Source: Octopus sinensis (taxonomy: Eukaryota). Taken from it: a stretch of 20,534 nt of DNA. Below, piece after piece: positions 17,901 to 20,534 of the stretch. The position numbers and the translations under genes were made by a program. The stretch's first letter is position 1; the number at the start of each line of letters is the position of its first letter. Under the pieces are notes generated by a model, which was not told the origin of the DNA, made no database searches, and worked only from the letters and a program-made list of their open reading frames with translations. The stretch is from positions 1-20,534 of the forward strand of contig NW_021823940.1 of assembly GCF_006345805.1 (NCBI RefSeq). The letters are read 5' to 3'.

Positions 17901-18749
17901 GCTTTTGCTGTATATCAAAAAGGCTTTTAATATTCAGTACAATGAACAAAGATTACTTGGAAGACGAGTTGACAGGAGGAAAATTAAAGAGACACCGCAG
18001 AGTCTTACATCGCCCAAGTTATAAAAACTGGTTGCAAATATTTGCCTGTTGAAATTAACATCAGAAATAATAGGCTCTCATACAACTAAATACGACTTTG
18101 AGAGGTCAAGATTATTAATACTTTAGCTTTGTTTCACCTTGAAGAATGCCTCGGAAAACATAGGCAAACTAGGATGAAGTGGAAACATAGACCGTGCGTT
18201 CACTAAATGTCTTTGCAGCCTATGGCGTCGATCGCAAATGCAGACACGTTCTTCAGTTTCCTATCCTTAACCCAGCAAAACATGAGAGCGGAATGTGGCA
18301 ACTAAAGGGAGAGACAGAGAAAGTGAGACAGACAGAGAGACAGAGATGCCAGCACAAGTTTTTCGCTCGTTTACGTTTGCAATTGAGGGAAACAATTGCC
18401 AAAAATAGTCAATAAAAACGCAGTAATGGGGGAATTTGAGGACAGAAGACCTAAACTTTGGAAAATACTAATAATCTAGGAAAATATATACAAGGAGTGA
18501 ATAGTGTTGTAAAAATTGTTAACATTGATAGATAAAATGAAACAATAAATGGAGGGAATATGTAGGTATGAACTTGCGGTGGGTTTGTTTCTATATGGGT
18601 TTATTTATGTACAAATTTAAAAGGATTAAAGGTTTTAAGGAATTTAAGGAGTTTTAGGAGTCCACATAAAGGATATGGTTTATTGAGTAAATTTAATTTA
18701 TCACAAGTTCAAGAATTGTATGCCAAAAAACAAACCGTAAAATGAAATA

Positions 18750-19265
18750 TAACACACACACACACACACACATACATACATGACAGTTATACATCTCTCT
18801 CTTTCTCGATAAACTTATACAAACACATGTATACATAATATATGTAAATACATATATTTGTATATGCTTGTGTACGTATGTATATATATGTATGTGTACG
18901 TATGCATATATACAGGTATATGTATAGATATATGAATTATTTGTTTATGTATGTATGTATATTATATATATATATTATATATATATATTATATATATATA
19001 TACGTATTAGGTATATATAAATACAAAATAAATATATATATACACGTGTATACATATATATATGTACGCAACGCACATACATACAGACATATGTATGTAC
19101 GTACGTGTGTATGTATGTATGTATATATGTATGTACGTACGTACATATGTATGTATGTACGTATGTACGCATGCATACACGTGTCTGTGAACGAGTTCGA
19201 ACATTTTTATTTCCACATTATATTTTTATATCCACGTGTGTGTGTGTGAATGTTTTTGTGTGTGC

Positions 19266-19300
<35 letters not shown>
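18750..19300. repeat. (CA)/(TA)/(TATG)/(TG)n compound microsatellite
   Basis: Directly visible. Confidence 0.9.
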
Positions 19301-19302
<2 letters not shown>

Positions 19303-19499
19303 GGGGTGGGGATGGGTATTATGACTTTCAGCTAGTTGTTCTTTTATGGCCCCTAGGGAGTAGATATCAATACTTTATGTGTGATGCACTCTCCTGCTAT
19401 CCGAAATCTATTGTTGATCCGAAAATCTTGTTATTCTGCTGAAAGATAGGATTAACCGAGATTACCTAGAAGTCAATGGTTCAGTTAATTAATACTGGG

Positions 19500-19916
19500 T
19501 TATGGTGGTGGTGCTGGTGGCGGTGGTGGTTGTGGTGGTGGGGAAGTTAGTAGAGATGGATTTAACTGGAAACGCAAGACGATGGCGGCTGAGAAGTTTA
19601 AGAGGTGGCTGAAGACGGTGACGAAGAGGACGATGGCCACTACCGCGATGACAATGACGGTAGTAAGGATGATGATGATGACCATGATGATGATGATGAA
19701 GATGATGATGATGATGATGAGAAGGAGGAGGAGGAGGAGGAAGAGGAGGAAGACTATGACTAGGCTGATAGTCGTGGTGGTGGTGGTGATGATGATAATG
19801 ATGATGAAGAAGAAGAAGAAGAATTAATGTGAAAGCAACGAAACCCACACCTTGATTAAAATCATTATCATCATCATCGTCATCATCGTCGTCACCATCG
19901 TTCTTATCATCATTAC

Positions 19917-19945
<29 letters not shown>
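19500..19945. repeat. (GGT)/(GAT)/(GAG)/(GAA)/(CAT)/(CA)n low-complexity tract
   Basis: Directly visible. Confidence 0.9.
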
Positions 19946-19947
<2 letters not shown>

Positions 19948-20219
19948 GACTTGAGAAAATTTTCTTGGTAGTAGTAATATTTGAAAAAAGATTTTCTTAA
20001 GTTAAAAGTTTTCAGTGATATTAAAAAGCCGAAAAAAAATGAAGATGAATAAAAGAAATTTAGGCACCCATGACATAACATTTTATACTGCGTGCATTTG
20101 AAAAACTGGAAGAAATGAAAGCATCCACAAATTCATTTTCTTTCATCGGGTCTTTGTTTATTTACTCTTTGCAAATTATTTCTTTATATAATTAATAATT
20201 TTTAGTCTAAATTTTTTTA

Positions 20220-20253
<34 letters not shown>

Positions 20254-20534
20254 TTTCTTCCTCTTACTCTATCTCTCTCTTATTCGCACATACATACGTA
20301 AATATGGATTGATGTAGGTATAGATGCACACACACACGCACACACATGCTCATATTTGTTACTTATTGATTAATTTTCTTGTTGTTCTCTCCATTATCTT
20401 CACCTAATTAAGACATCAGTGATTTTTGATACGGTGCGAAATACATCTGGGTCCACCCATTATGTCATTAGTGAGCCCTTTACACATTTTCATCATCTTT
20501 CTAATGTCTTGCCTACAATCGTTATCGTTTCTAA

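Noticed and set aside
18131-18186. TTGAAGA..GCCT/AGGC..AAACTAGG resembling a hammerhead
   Set aside because: C3, G12 and the UH triplet are all altered, which is too degenerate to distinguish from chance.
1-20534. Most ORFs in the six-frame track (poly-YI, CV, HT, YLSI, E, K, V, G, H, L, I, S)
   Set aside because: They are translations of microsatellites that lack stop codons in some frames, with no domain content.

Overview
Animal non-genic DNA saturated with microsatellites ((TA)n, (TG)n, (ATAG)n, (TTA)n, (GGT)n, (GA)n). The repeat content resembles coleoid cephalopod (Octopus-type) genomes; this is recognition from memory, not a database result. No host protein-coding gene is supported, and most listed ORFs are microsatellite artefacts. 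Recognisable elements are a 5'-truncated R4/Dong-like REL-endonuclease LINE in a (TAA)n array (4641-6643, -), a young 5'-truncated RTE-group LINE with a 10-bp TSD (7866-9117, +) inside a possible decayed hAT-like DNA element, a near full-length decayed mariner (~15188-16456, -), and five tRNA-derived SINE copies. The most notable signal is a non-coding ~593-595 bp head-to-tail repeat (2594-3756, ~1.96 units, bounded by (TA)n). Each unit carries on the minus strand an identical type I hammerhead ribozyme with an intact catalytic core, a palindromic dimer-type stem III and an unusually long 69-nt stem II. This fits a retrozyme or Penelope-pLTR-type element able to release a 595-nt monomer. Two further degenerate hammerheads of unrelated sequence lie within 2.2 kb upstream.
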